DNA of 64,000 nucleotides from a virus (Duplodnaviria; Caudoviricetes): IMG/VR virus record IMGVR_UViG_2891339218_000001, positions 8,933 to 72,932 of that record; one strand, 5' to 3'. Shown piece by piece: positions 18,798 to 26,376 of this stretch (position 1 is its first letter; each line of letters starts with the position of its first letter). The notes under the pieces were generated by a model. It saw only the letters and a program-made list of their open reading frames with translations, ran no database searches and was not told where the DNA came from. The position numbers and the translations under genes were made by a program.

Positions 18798-19304
18798 TCA
18801 GTTCCTTCCGATTTGCGCTGCCGCGCGGTTGATGGCAGCGGCGATCGATATCGCCTGGACTGCCGATTTCGCCGACGTGACTTTCGCGCCGGGATGCATG
18901 GGGATCGTCACAAGGGACGCTTCCAGAAATTCGAGGGCCTTGATCATGCGGCCGCCGCCAGTGCGGGCCGCGGCTTTCTTAGTGATGAAGCCGATTGAGA
19001 TGCCCTTGACCGCGCCGGACTTGACCAGGGCGCGAACTTCGCGCGCGCGGCTTACCTCGTCGACGAGGAGCTTGCCGGTCAGGTGCAGGCCGTCCGATTT
19101 CTCGGTCGCCACGTCCCAGGTGCCGATGGGATCATTCATGTCGTGGCCGAAAAGCATGGGGATCGGCATGGAAGCACCCTTGAAGGCGCCTGGCTCGATC
19201 CAGTCGCCAACGCGGTCAGGCGTGCCGAACTTCCACGCGATGCCGGAGACGAGGCCGGCGTCGTCGGCGATCATCTTGGTTTCGAAGAACAGCCGGTCCA
19301 TCAC
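18798..19304 (-). CDS. HK97-family prohead protease
   Basis: DRVGD.IEPGAF, MLFGHD...PIG.W, GISIGF, EASLVTIPM. Confidence 0.93.
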   Translation of the reverse strand: MMDRLFFETKMIADDAGLVSGIAWKFGTPDRVGDWIEPGAFKGASMPIPMLFGHDMNDPIGTWDVATEKSDGLHLTGKLLVDEVSRAREVRALVKSGAVKGISIGFITKKAAARTGGGRMIKALEFLEASLVTIPMHPGAKVTSAKSAVQAISIAAAINRAAAQIGRN

Positions 19305-19693
19305 AGCCCCTCCGGCGCGAAGTTTCGGCGGTCGCCGGCGAACGCATCGACCTGAGCCTGAAGCCAGTCGGCGGCGCGCAAGACGCGCAGGACGTTCTTG
19401 TGACTGAAAGCGAGATCAGAGCCTTCGTGCTGGACTTCCCAGCGCAGGACCGTCTTGGCGAGGCAGTTCAAGCGGGCTGCTTCCCGGTGCTCGGCTTTGA
19501 TCGCTCCGTCCGGCTCGGCGCGGTCGGCAAGCTCGTCCATCATGGCGATGCGGGCTTTGCGCTGCGTCTCGCTATCCGGGCCGGCGATCCACAGTGTCAT
19601 CCCCGTGGGCTTGCCCTCCCAAGGATCCACGATTTCAAGCTTACGGCCGCGATCCTGATCGATCACGTTGGCCTGGATGTCTTCAAGGTTCAT
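19301..19693 (-). CDS. Tail assembly chaperone G-like protein (130 aa from MNLEDI)
   Basis: LEIVDP..GKPTG..LWIAGPDS...QVDAFAGDRRNF pattern; resembles helper 29894-30358. Confidence 0.65.
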   Translation of the reverse strand: MNLEDIQANVIDQDRGRKLEIVDPWEGKPTGMTLWIAGPDSETQRKARIAMMDELADRAEPDGAIKAEHREAARLNCLAKTVLRWEVQHEGSDLAFSHKNVLRVLRAADWLQAQVDAFAGDRRNFAPEGL

Positions 19694-20939
19694 CCGTCTG
19701 GTCCTTATCGTCGTCGGGCTTCGGGGTTTTCGGGTTGCCGCCTTCATCGCGGTCGAGAGGCGGGCCGCCGTTGTGACCCACGCCCGGCTGGCTGGCGCCG
19801 GTGTTCGGGTTCGCGTACTCCTCACCTCCGTCGTACGGCGGGAGGTCGAGCCAAGCGCGGCCGGTGTTGGGGTTGATGACGCGGGAGGCGACAAGGCTGT
19901 TGATCGCGGTGGCGCGCGCCGTGAGATCCACGTTCGTGAAGTCGTCGCGATCAAAGCGAACGGCGAACTTGCCCTTCTCTTCCTTGGTGAAGAGCGCGCG
20001 TCCGAGGGCGCTTTCGAGGGCGCGAAGCCAGGGCTCAAGGCAAAGCTGAAGGAACTGGCGCTGCATCTCGGCTGAGTTGGACCAGGTGGCGCGGGTCAGA
20101 TCGCCGATGAGGCTGGCCGGGATGTTGAAGGCGCGCGCGATTTCCTGAAGCTGGAAAAGCCGGAGCTGCTGAAACTGCGCATCGACGCTGGAAAGCGTCA
20201 TCTGCTTGAAGGTGGCGCCGTCGTAGAGGAACGCGGTCCTGCCGGCGCCGCCACCGTCACCGAACGTCTTGTTCCAGCCGGCGATGACCTTCTTGATCGC
20301 GTCCTCGCCGATACCCTTCGGCATTTCGACGGCACCGCCAGGGCGGGCGCCACGGCCGAAAAGCTGAGAGGCGTGGCGCTCCATGACGACGGCAACGCCG
20401 ATGGCTTCGCGGCAAAGGGTGAGCGGGGCTTTGTCGAAGGTGCCGCGAAGGTGGATGATATCGCTGGCCGGCTGCACGATGCCGTTGACGCGGTAGCGGG
20501 GCTGGAGGCTGTCATCCGGGTAATCGACGTTGATGAAGCCGGGGCGCGGACGGATGATTTCGAGGAGCCGGCCATCCGAGGAGCGCGTGACGCGGGCAAG
20601 GCCGCCCTGGTCTCGGCAGAGGGCGTCGACGACGATAGAGCGGATGAACTCAAACCCGCTCTGCCAGTCGTTCGCATCGCCCTTCAGGAGCTTTGCGGCT
20701 TCGTGGTTCGGGGCTTCCGTCTCGGTGCCGTCGGCCGCGATTGAAACCACTTTGACGGCGAGCGAGGCACAGGCCTCGGAGATGGTGCGCACGGCGGCAG
20801 CAACGGCCGGTGTCCGCAATGCCGTTTCGGCGGAGACCGCGACCCCGGCATGCGTCTGGGCGCCGGTGCCAAGCATCTCAAGGATTTGCTCGTCGGTCAG
20901 TGCTTTCTTTTCGGCGCGGTAAAAAGGCCATATCCTCAT
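19683..20939 (-). CDS. Portal protein, HK97 family (satellite)
   Basis: ETALRTPAVAAAVRTIS, IIHLR, DAQF...EIARAFNIP, ATWSN. Confidence 0.95.
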   Translation of the reverse strand: MRIWPFYRAEKKALTDEQILEMLGTGAQTHAGVAVSAETALRTPAVAAAVRTISEACASLAVKVVSIAADGTETEAPNHEAAKLLKGDANDWQSGFEFIRSIVVDALCRDQGGLARVTRSSDGRLLEIIRPRPGFINVDYPDDSLQPRYRVNGIVQPASDIIHLRGTFDKAPLTLCREAIGVAVVMERHASQLFGRGARPGGAVEMPKGIGEDAIKKVIAGWNKTFGDGGGAGRTAFLYDGATFKQMTLSSVDAQFQQLRLFQLQEIARAFNIPASLIGDLTRATWSNSAEMQRQFLQLCLEPWLRALESALGRALFTKEEKGKFAVRFDRDDFTNVDLTARATAINSLVASRVINPNTGRAWLDLPPYDGGEEYANPNTGASQPGVGHNGGPPLDRDEGGNPKTPKPDDDKDQTDEP

Positions 20940-21016
20940 TCACCAGGATATGCGCAGTATTCACCTTGAACCGCCACTGGGGAAAACTAGGAAAATATCG
21001 GCGGATCGGGGGAATT

Positions 21017-21436
21017 ATGGCAACGTACTTGGAACACGCCCTTATGGAGCTTGATGACGCCACCACCGCTCGTATGGCTGCCAGCGACACGGACGAAATT
21101 GCCCGGCTATCGAAGCATGAATTGATCATGTTCGGCATCGCCGCTCTGACACTTGATGCAGCTCGTGTTGATATGGGCCACCCCCTGCCTGACCCGATTG
21201 CTTCGGAGCAAGATCAGTTCATTGCACTGACCTATATGCTGCGATGTGCCCCGGCTCATGATATCGCAATGCCTCACTGGAAAATCAAAGCAAGGTTTGC
21301 GCGTCCCTACACCGTCGATGGCATCACGATTGACCTGTCGCACCTTGACGGAGCGGCGTTTGATTTCAGCCATATCGGAGGTCCGAGAGTGTTCACGCAC
21401 ATCGCCAGAATTGGCCGTCGGAATGGATGGGTTTAG
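21017..21436 (+). CDS. Hypothetical moron protein (139 aa from MATYLE)
   Basis: GGGGGA RBS; opposite strand between portal and early genes. Confidence 0.55.
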   Translation: MATYLEHALMELDDATTARMAASDTDEIARLSKHELIMFGIAALTLDAARVDMGHPLPDPIASEQDQFIALTYMLRCAPAHDIAMPHWKIKARFARPYTVDGITIDLSHLDGAAFDFSHIGGPRVFTHIARIGRRNGWV

Positions 21437-21660
21437 GGTTTCCGCCTAAGCCATATTTCCAGTTCACTCCGTCGGGCAAAATACCCTTTCGGCCGATAGA
21501 TCGGGACTTCCGGATCCTTTGCCCATTCTCTCACGGTGTCCTCGGAAACACCGAGAGCAACCGCAATTGCCGGCGCCCCCCAAAGTTTTTCAGGCTTGGA
21601 CAACAATTTCCCCTCAAGCATCGCGTCAAGGGCGTCAGGTGTCAGGATGGGGCGGGTCAT
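21433..21660 (-). CDS. Small HTH DNA-binding protein (possible late activator)
   Basis: LWGAPAIAVALGVSEDTVREW HTH; directly upstream of portal operon. Confidence 0.75.
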   Translation of the reverse strand: MTRPILTPDALDAMLEGKLLSKPEKLWGAPAIAVALGVSEDTVREWAKDPEVPIYRPKGYFARRSELEIWLRRKP

Positions 21661-21917
21661 ACGGCTTTCTCCTGCATGTGGTGGTGGCGATGATGTAGGC
21701 GGCAGAGCCAGCGGACGACACCCGGCCGGCTGTAGTCGTCGTGATGGGCATCGACGTTCTCAGCTCCGCAAACCTCGCATGGCTCCTTGTTCAAGAGCCC
21801 CTTTTTCAGCGCCGAGCGCACGTACTGGTGCGCCAGCATCTCCAAAGGATGCGCGTTGTTCCATTTCGCTTGCGAGGACATGGCTTCGCCCTCGGCGCTA
21901 TCGCTTCCGTTTTTCAT
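21657..21917 (-). CDS. Small HNH-like zinc-binding protein
   Basis: PCEVCG...DAHHDDYSRP..VRWLCRLHH. Confidence 0.75.
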   Translation of the reverse strand: MKNGSDSAEGEAMSSQAKWNNAHPLEMLAHQYVRSALKKGLLNKEPCEVCGAENVDAHHDDYSRPGVVRWLCRLHHRHHHMQEKAV

Positions 21918-21984
21918 GGCAATTTTCCTGGATTGCGCCGTCTATGGCTGGGGAGGTCAGCCGCGACTATGCGGCAGTTTCAGT

Positions 21985-22112
21985 TTCACGTTTTTTTTTG
22001 ATTTTCTTTTTCGGTGTTCTTCTCAGTTTCCGTATCCGTTTCCGTTTCTGTTTCCTTCTCTTTGTATCGGTAGGGTTCGGATACGGTATCGATACCCTAT
22101 CAATAGGGTCTC
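21985..22112. promoter_or_regulatory. Putative satellite replication origin (palindromic iterons plus A/T-skewed tract)
   Basis: GGTATCGATACC and ACCCTAT-ca-ATAGGGT palindromes, GAAACG repeats, T9 tract. Confidence 0.6.
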
Positions 22113-22534
22113 CGAGGTTCGGGGCTTGGCTGGACTTGTCCGGCCATCGCGCAGAGCACGTCGGCGAGCCTGTTGCGGAAGTCGTCGCTCTCGATGGCGA
22201 GGTTCGCCTTGATGAGCCCCTGGAGGTGTTTCTGATTCTGCGGCGGGTTGTTCTCTAGCCACTTCACGACGAGGATTTCCTGGGTCTCGTCGTCGCAGTC
22301 GATCAGGCCGACGCCGATGCATTCGGCCTTGGAAACCTGATACTCCTGCAGGGTCCAGCCGAGATCCGAAATCGCGTAGCCGTCCGGCAGGCGGAAGCAG
22401 CCGAGGGCGTTCTGATGCTCACAGGTCAGGTAGTAGAAAAACAGCAACTGCGCGCGGTGGCTCTCCAAGGCGCGAAACCGTTCAGACCGCCAGATGGTGC
22501 GGGAGACCATCGAGAACTTCCCGGCCTTGCTCAT
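22100..22534 (-). CDS. Replication initiator, N-terminal DNA-binding domain only (144 aa)
   Basis: TIWRSERF...LFFYYLT..H.N.LGCF.L...I..DLGW...D.ETQEIL..KW...N pattern of phage replisome organisers. Confidence 0.7.
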   Translation of the reverse strand: MSKAGKFSMVSRTIWRSERFRALESHRAQLLFFYYLTCEHQNALGCFRLPDGYAISDLGWTLQEYQVSKAECIGVGLIDCDDETQEILVVKWLENNPPQNQKHLQGLIKANLAIESDDFRNRLADVLCAMAGQVQPSPEPRRPY

Positions 22535-22689
22535 GTCGCCCTCGCTTTGATCAAGCTGGCTTTCTTGATGACCTCGCAGGCCTCAAGAGCCGTCAGTTCG
22601 AATTTAGATTTGACCTGTTGAACGATGGGGGCGCGGTCGTCGCCCCAGAGGACCCACCGAGCCGCCTCGATACGGCGCGCGCTATCCAT
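22531..22689 (-). CDS. Hypothetical protein (52 aa from MDSARR)
   Basis: GGAGG RBS, overlapping operon context. Confidence 0.6.
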   Translation of the reverse strand: MDSARRIEAARWVLWGDDRAPIVQQVKSKFELTALEACEVIKKASLIKARAT

Positions 22690-22912
22690 GGGCGCCTCCC
22701 GCCGCTTTAAGCGCGGCTGCAACCGCTTCGGCGAATGCCGGCAGCTTGTCGAGCTTGAAGGCGATACCGGACTTCCCCGGCCGCATGGTGCCGTCCTCAC
22801 CCTCGAACCAAACGCGGGCATTGAACAGGTCGTGGCCCTTGAAGCTGCCGAGGGTGACGCGGATTTCCTCGGTCGAGTTTTTGGGGATGGTGGCGATATG
22901 CTTCTCAGGCAT
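22682..22912 (-). CDS. PC4/p15-family ssDNA-binding protein
   Basis: KNSTEEIRVTL.SFKG....ARVWF......RPGKSGI. Confidence 0.85.
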   Translation of the reverse strand: MPEKHIATIPKNSTEEIRVTLGSFKGHDLFNARVWFEGEDGTMRPGKSGIAFKLDKLPAFAEAVAAALKAAGGAHG

Positions 22913-23210
22913 GCCCCACCTCCCCGCCGTCGGCGGTGTAGAGCGCAGCCAGGCGCAGGAGGAAGCCGGCGACCGTGGCGCGTTTCAGGCAGTCGTTGAT
23001 CGCCCTATTCTTCGCAAGCCCCTTCTCTTCGAAAAACATATCGAGGCCAAGAATGATCTGCCCCACGGCGGTCGTGGTCAGGTTCTCGACCTCGATGGCA
23101 TCGGCCGTGGCTAATGCCTCGCCGTTCTCGGCAAAGAACTGATCAGCCTGCCGCTTGCCGGACTCTCGGTGTATCGCGACGAACTTGCGGAATTCTTCAA
23201 CCGGCGTCAT
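22905..23210 (-). CDS. Hypothetical protein (101 aa from MTPVEE)
   Basis: GGAG RBS, operon context. Confidence 0.6.
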   Translation of the reverse strand: MTPVEEFRKFVAIHRESGKRQADQFFAENGEALATADAIEVENLTTTAVGQIILGLDMFFEEKGLAKNRAINDCLKRATVAGFLLRLAALYTADGGEVGHA

Positions 23211-23424
23211 CGATGCCGCCCTCCCTGCCTTCGGTAGCGGCACGCGCTTGCCGGTCAAGCCACGGCCCGACATCGGAGCGACGCAAGCAAACAATCTTCC
23301 CGAGTTTGAAAGTGGGGAGCAGCTTGCGTCGGTGGAGGTTGTAGACCTGATGATCGGTGAGGCTCAGGTATGCAGAGATGGCCGGAACCCCGTAAAGGAG
23401 GTCCGCTTTTTCAGTCGTATCCAT
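23197..23424 (-). CDS. Xis/AlpA-like HTH protein, first gene of satellite
   Basis: LLYGVPAISAYLSLTDHQVY......LPTFKLG; next to the att arm repeats. Confidence 0.8.
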   Translation of the reverse strand: MDTTEKADLLYGVPAISAYLSLTDHQVYNLHRRKLLPTFKLGKIVCLRRSDVGPWLDRQARAATEGREGGIDDAG

Positions 23425-23433
23425 GTTGGTTCC

Positions 23434-23466
23434 TTGTCGCGGCGTTGTCGCATTGTTGTCGCGTCG
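23434..23466. promoter_or_regulatory. Putative integrase arm-type sites, TTGTCGC x3 (11-bp period)
   Basis: Copies at 23434, 23445, 23456. Confidence 0.65.
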
Positions 23467-23540
23467 AGCAGCCGCAAAGCCCGACGAACGCTAACTAAGT
23501 GCTTGATTTACCTACATCCAAAATCAACACACACAAATAC

Positions 23541-23568
23541 GAAAGCCGCCCCAAACGGAGCGGCTTTC
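23541..23568 (-). terminator. Intrinsic terminator just inside the right junction
   Basis: GAAAGCCGC...GCGGCTTTC stem followed on minus strand by T-rich run, 18 nt after stop of truncated tail gene. Confidence 0.7.
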
Positions 23569-23586
23569 ATCAATCTTTTCAGCATC

Positions 23587-24708
23587 TTAGGCTACTGTTT
23601 GGCCGGAAGTGTGAATAGACCGGTCGAACGCGCTTTTCCTGAACTGCACTTCCTTCGCCCGGTCGGCCGGGATGTCATCGGCAGTGATTTCCATCACCGG
23701 GATTTGCGGCGCACCGGCAATGATGCCCGACAGGCCGCGCCGGTTCAGGCCGTACCCGGCCATCGCATCGTCGAACTCGCGCAGGATCTCGGTATGATCG
23801 TCCTCGCCACCGACGACGAGCGAGCACTGATAGGTCGGCTTGTCGTCGAGGCGCAGCGTGTCACAGACGTTCATCGCCACGAAATAGGTGGCAAGGTCCA
23901 GCTGCCCGATGCTCTTGCCTTCGCCGATCAGCGTGCGGCCGGAGACCAGCGCGCGAAGGCCAAGCTGATAGTTGAACCGATGGACGGCCGGATTGAGCGT
24001 GTGAACCCACGTTGCGGGATCGTCGAGCCGCTGCGACCCGGAGCCGCCGGCAACGGTCGTATCCTTGCGTGGATCGTACTCGCGCAGGCCGCGCAGCACG
24101 AACTCGATATCGGGCTTACCCTTGTCGAACTGCTCCGGCTTGAAGATGCGCTCCACCACGACATAGGCGATGCCGGCATTGACGCTGGTCGATTTCCACG
24201 TCTGGCCGAGGGATGCGCTATCGTCGACGAGCTTCTGGTCCACGAGCTGGTCAGGACGCCCATCGTAGAAGCGGATCGAGAACAGGTGATTGCCGCCGGC
24301 AAGGAAGCCCTCGACGCCATAGTGCGCCACCTCGTTGCCGATGATCGGGCGCTCGACCAGCGTCTGCTTCTGGCCGTAGAAATAGACATAGGGCTCCAGG
24401 CCGTCGCACCAGCCGTTCGCCAGCAAGAAGACCTCGGCATTGAATTTGTTGCCCGGCCCCCACTTCGCATAGAACGTCCGCTGGCCCTTGGTCTTCGACG
24501 TGCCAAAGATCGTGCCGACCGGCACATCGCCGCCGAACTGCGTCTCGGCCTGGACGGCAGAATACGACCGCTTCTTCGGGCGATTGAGATACGACAGGCC
24601 GATCCGGGCCGCGAAAGCCAGACCGCCGGCAATGACAGACGCGGCCAGCGTGGAGCCGGCAAAAAGCGCGCCGGCAATAGCCGTGCCGATAGCAGTGAAG
24701 ATCGCCAT
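23587..24708 (-). CDS. 5' portion of interrupted central tail-tip (gpJ-like) protein
   Basis: LRGLREYDPRKD, W..TLNPAV motifs; last 10 residues (SIHTSGQTVA) come from insert DNA. Confidence 0.9.
   Translation of the reverse strand: MAIFTAIGTAIAGALFAGSTLAASVIAGGLAFAARIGLSYLNRPKKRSYSAVQAETQFGGDVPVGTIFGTSKTKGQRTFYAKWGPGNKFNAEVFLLANGWCDGLEPYVYFYGQKQTLVERPIIGNEVAHYGVEGFLAGGNHLFSIRFYDGRPDQLVDQKLVDDSASLGQTWKSTSVNAGIAYVVVERIFKPEQFDKGKPDIEFVLRGLREYDPRKDTTVAGGSGSQRLDDPATWVHTLNPAVHRFNYQLGLRALVSGRTLIGEGKSIGQLDLATYFVAMNVCDTLRLDDKPTYQCSLVVGGEDDHTEILREFDDAMAGYGLNRRGLSGIIAGAPQIPVMEITADDIPADRAKEVQFRKSAFDRSIHTSGQTVA
23619..23628. repeat. att core, right junction (ACCGGTCGAA)
   Basis: Identical to 4949-4958; extended match 23/29 over 23600-23628 vs 4930-4958. 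Confidence 0.88.
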
Positions 24709-24714
24709 TCAGGA

Positions 24715-25128
24715 CTACCCGATGTGGAAGGCTGCGATAACGGTGTCGAGCGCGTAGTCGCGCGCGCCGTCAGGAGTCTTGGTGCGGAACCGCGTGCCGA
24801 GGCACACGCCGACATGCTCTGCCCCGTCGAGGAGGCGCAGGATAACGAGGTCGCCGCAACGGGCTTCGGCGCCGCCAAGCACCGGCTTGCCGAGTTCGGC
24901 GGCGAAGAACGATACGAGCGAGGAATACCCCCGGCGACGAAGCGCACGCTGCGCACCGGCAAGCGTCTTGTAGCTGCCGGCATATTTCCGGGCGCGTTGC
25001 GACCCTTCCAGCGCGTCGATGAGCGCCAGCCCCATGAAGAAGCAGTCGGATTGCGCCGGGTTGCCATAGGCATACGGCTTCGCAAGCTCCGCGTTCAGCG
25101 TAGCCTCGACTTTTCGAAAACGGTTCAT
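24715..25128 (-). CDS. NlpC/P60-like tail assembly protein
   Basis: PYAYG...SDC...GDLVI......HVGVC. Confidence 0.75.
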   Translation of the reverse strand: MNRFRKVEATLNAELAKPYAYGNPAQSDCFFMGLALIDALEGSQRARKYAGSYKTLAGAQRALRRRGYSSLVSFFAAELGKPVLGGAEARCGDLVILRLLDGAEHVGVCLGTRFRTKTPDGARDYALDTVIAAFHIG

Positions 25129-25135
25129 GGGAGCG

Positions 25136-25726
25136 TTACCTTGGCACCTGTCCCCATTCCTCGGGGATTGATGTGTTCGTGGCGACGTATTCGAGACCCG
25201 TATCGTCCGGGTCGTTATCGAACTTCTGCTCGGCAAGGCTCCGCTTCACACCGGTGGAACCGCGCGCCGAGCGGCCGGGCGGCTGAAGATCGATGGAGAG
25301 CGTCAGCGAGCGTTCGGCGCCGTTGACCGCGCCCTCGTTAAAGCGCACCTGGTCAATCTCGTAGATCGACGACGCGAGGATGCCGACGACCTCGCTCGTC
25401 TCCGGCACGCCCGCAAGGTGGGCGATGATCACCGGCGCGTTCTGGTAGTTGTAGCTTTCGATCTGCGAGATAGCGTCTTCCGGGTTCTCGACGGGGATGT
25501 TGGAGAACACGATGGTGCGTGTGGTAACAGCAACGCCGACGGCGCTCGTCATGCTGCCCATATCGAGGAACCGGTTCGGCAGGTAGACCAAACCGTTGTG
25601 CGTGTAGGGCCGGCCGCCGCGGTGGTAGCCGACGGACTTGCCGGGAAGATCAAAGCGGATCAGGTCGAGGCGGACAAGGCGGCCGGCATCGATCAGAGCC
25701 TCGACTGCGGGGTCAAGCGCGCTCAT
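25136..25726 (-). CDS. Tail-tip hub (gpL-like) protein
   Basis: Between Dit and NlpC-like genes; RSLAEQ.....DDTGLEYV.....WG. Confidence 0.7.
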   Translation of the reverse strand: MSALDPAVEALIDAGRLVRLDLIRFDLPGKSVGYHRGGRPYTHNGLVYLPNRFLDMGSMTSAVGVAVTTRTIVFSNIPVENPEDAISQIESYNYQNAPVIIAHLAGVPETSEVVGILASSIYEIDQVRFNEGAVNGAERSLTLSIDLQPPGRSARGSTGVKRSLAEQKFDNDPDDTGLEYVATNTSIPEEWGQVPR

Positions 25727-26376
25727 GAGAAAAATACCTCCGTTGCGGAGAACGAGGCTTCGCGGTTCCCGAGCGACTTCGGCGCCTCCACGCTGCCCGG
25801 ATCGATCATCATGACAGCGGACGGCTTTTCGAGGTGGACGCTGGCGGAGGTGGTAAAGTTCTGGGTGTCGAGCCCGAACATGATCTCCAGCGTCGCAACG
25901 CCGCCAGAGGTGGCGGTCGCATTCTCGACGACGAGGTGAAGCGACCGGACCAGTAGGCTCATGCGAAATTCGATATAGTCGCCGGCCGAGAACTTGAACG
26001 ATGCTGGAAGGCCCGAGATCTGGACGTTTCGGCTGTCGATGATTTCGTCAAGCACCGCCTGCCCCGTGAACGCACCGCCCCCAGCCTTCGTGCCGGAGAG
26101 CGGCGAGCCGGTGTTCATCGCGATCGGTCGCGGCCGCCATGGATCGTATGCCAGGAACGGCGCACCGCGAGCGTCGGCCTTCATGGCGAAGGCGTCGAAA
26201 AGACCGGAATGCACCGGAAGCAACGAACCTGTCGAATAGGACGCCACCCAATATGGCGTCATGCTCGCCACCATTTCCGTGCGGCGCCCCTCCATCATGC
26301 TCACATCGGCCGGGCTGACCGGGCGAAGACTGACCTGAGCCCATGGGATGGCAGGGAGGAGGATCGGATTAGCCAT
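25723..26376 (-). CDS. Distal tail (Dit-like) protein (helper)
   Basis: Follows TMP; homologue of 9851-10510. Confidence 0.8.
   Translation of the reverse strand: MANPILLPAIPWAQVSLRPVSPADVSMMEGRRTEMVASMTPYWVASYSTGSLLPVHSGLFDAFAMKADARGAPFLAYDPWRPRPIAMNTGSPLSGTKAGGGAFTGQAVLDEIIDSRNVQISGLPASFKFSAGDYIEFRMSLLVRSLHLVVENATATSGGVATLEIMFGLDTQNFTTSASVHLEKPSAVMMIDPGSVEAPKSLGNREASFSATEVFFS

Larger units (their letters stand above)
4949..23628 (-). mobile_element. Integrated satellite-like element (18,670-bp excision unit) with its own head, packaging and proximal tail genes
   Basis: Flanking direct repeat, integrase at one end and Xis/AlpA-like gene at the other, in-frame restoration of the target gene, second set of capsid/terminase genes. 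Confidence 0.93.

Noticed and set aside
16804-20038. Long N-terminal extensions in the ORF track (16804-17607, 19301-20038; also 32019-33278, 42048-42983, 62233-63744)
   Set aside because: They overlap genuine upstream genes; downstream ATGs with RBS or stop/start coupling were used instead
4949-23628. Interpretation as a gene transfer agent, or as a simple decayed prophage
   Set aside because: Integrase, att core and arm repeats argue against a GTA. Intact, tightly coupled structural ORFs and selective similarity to the helper at Dit/TMP argue against random decay, though decay cannot be fully excluded without relatives
23155-25326. 723-aa plus-strand ORF crossing the right att junction
   Set aside because: Antisense shadow of GC-rich tail genes; no motifs, and it spans two different elements
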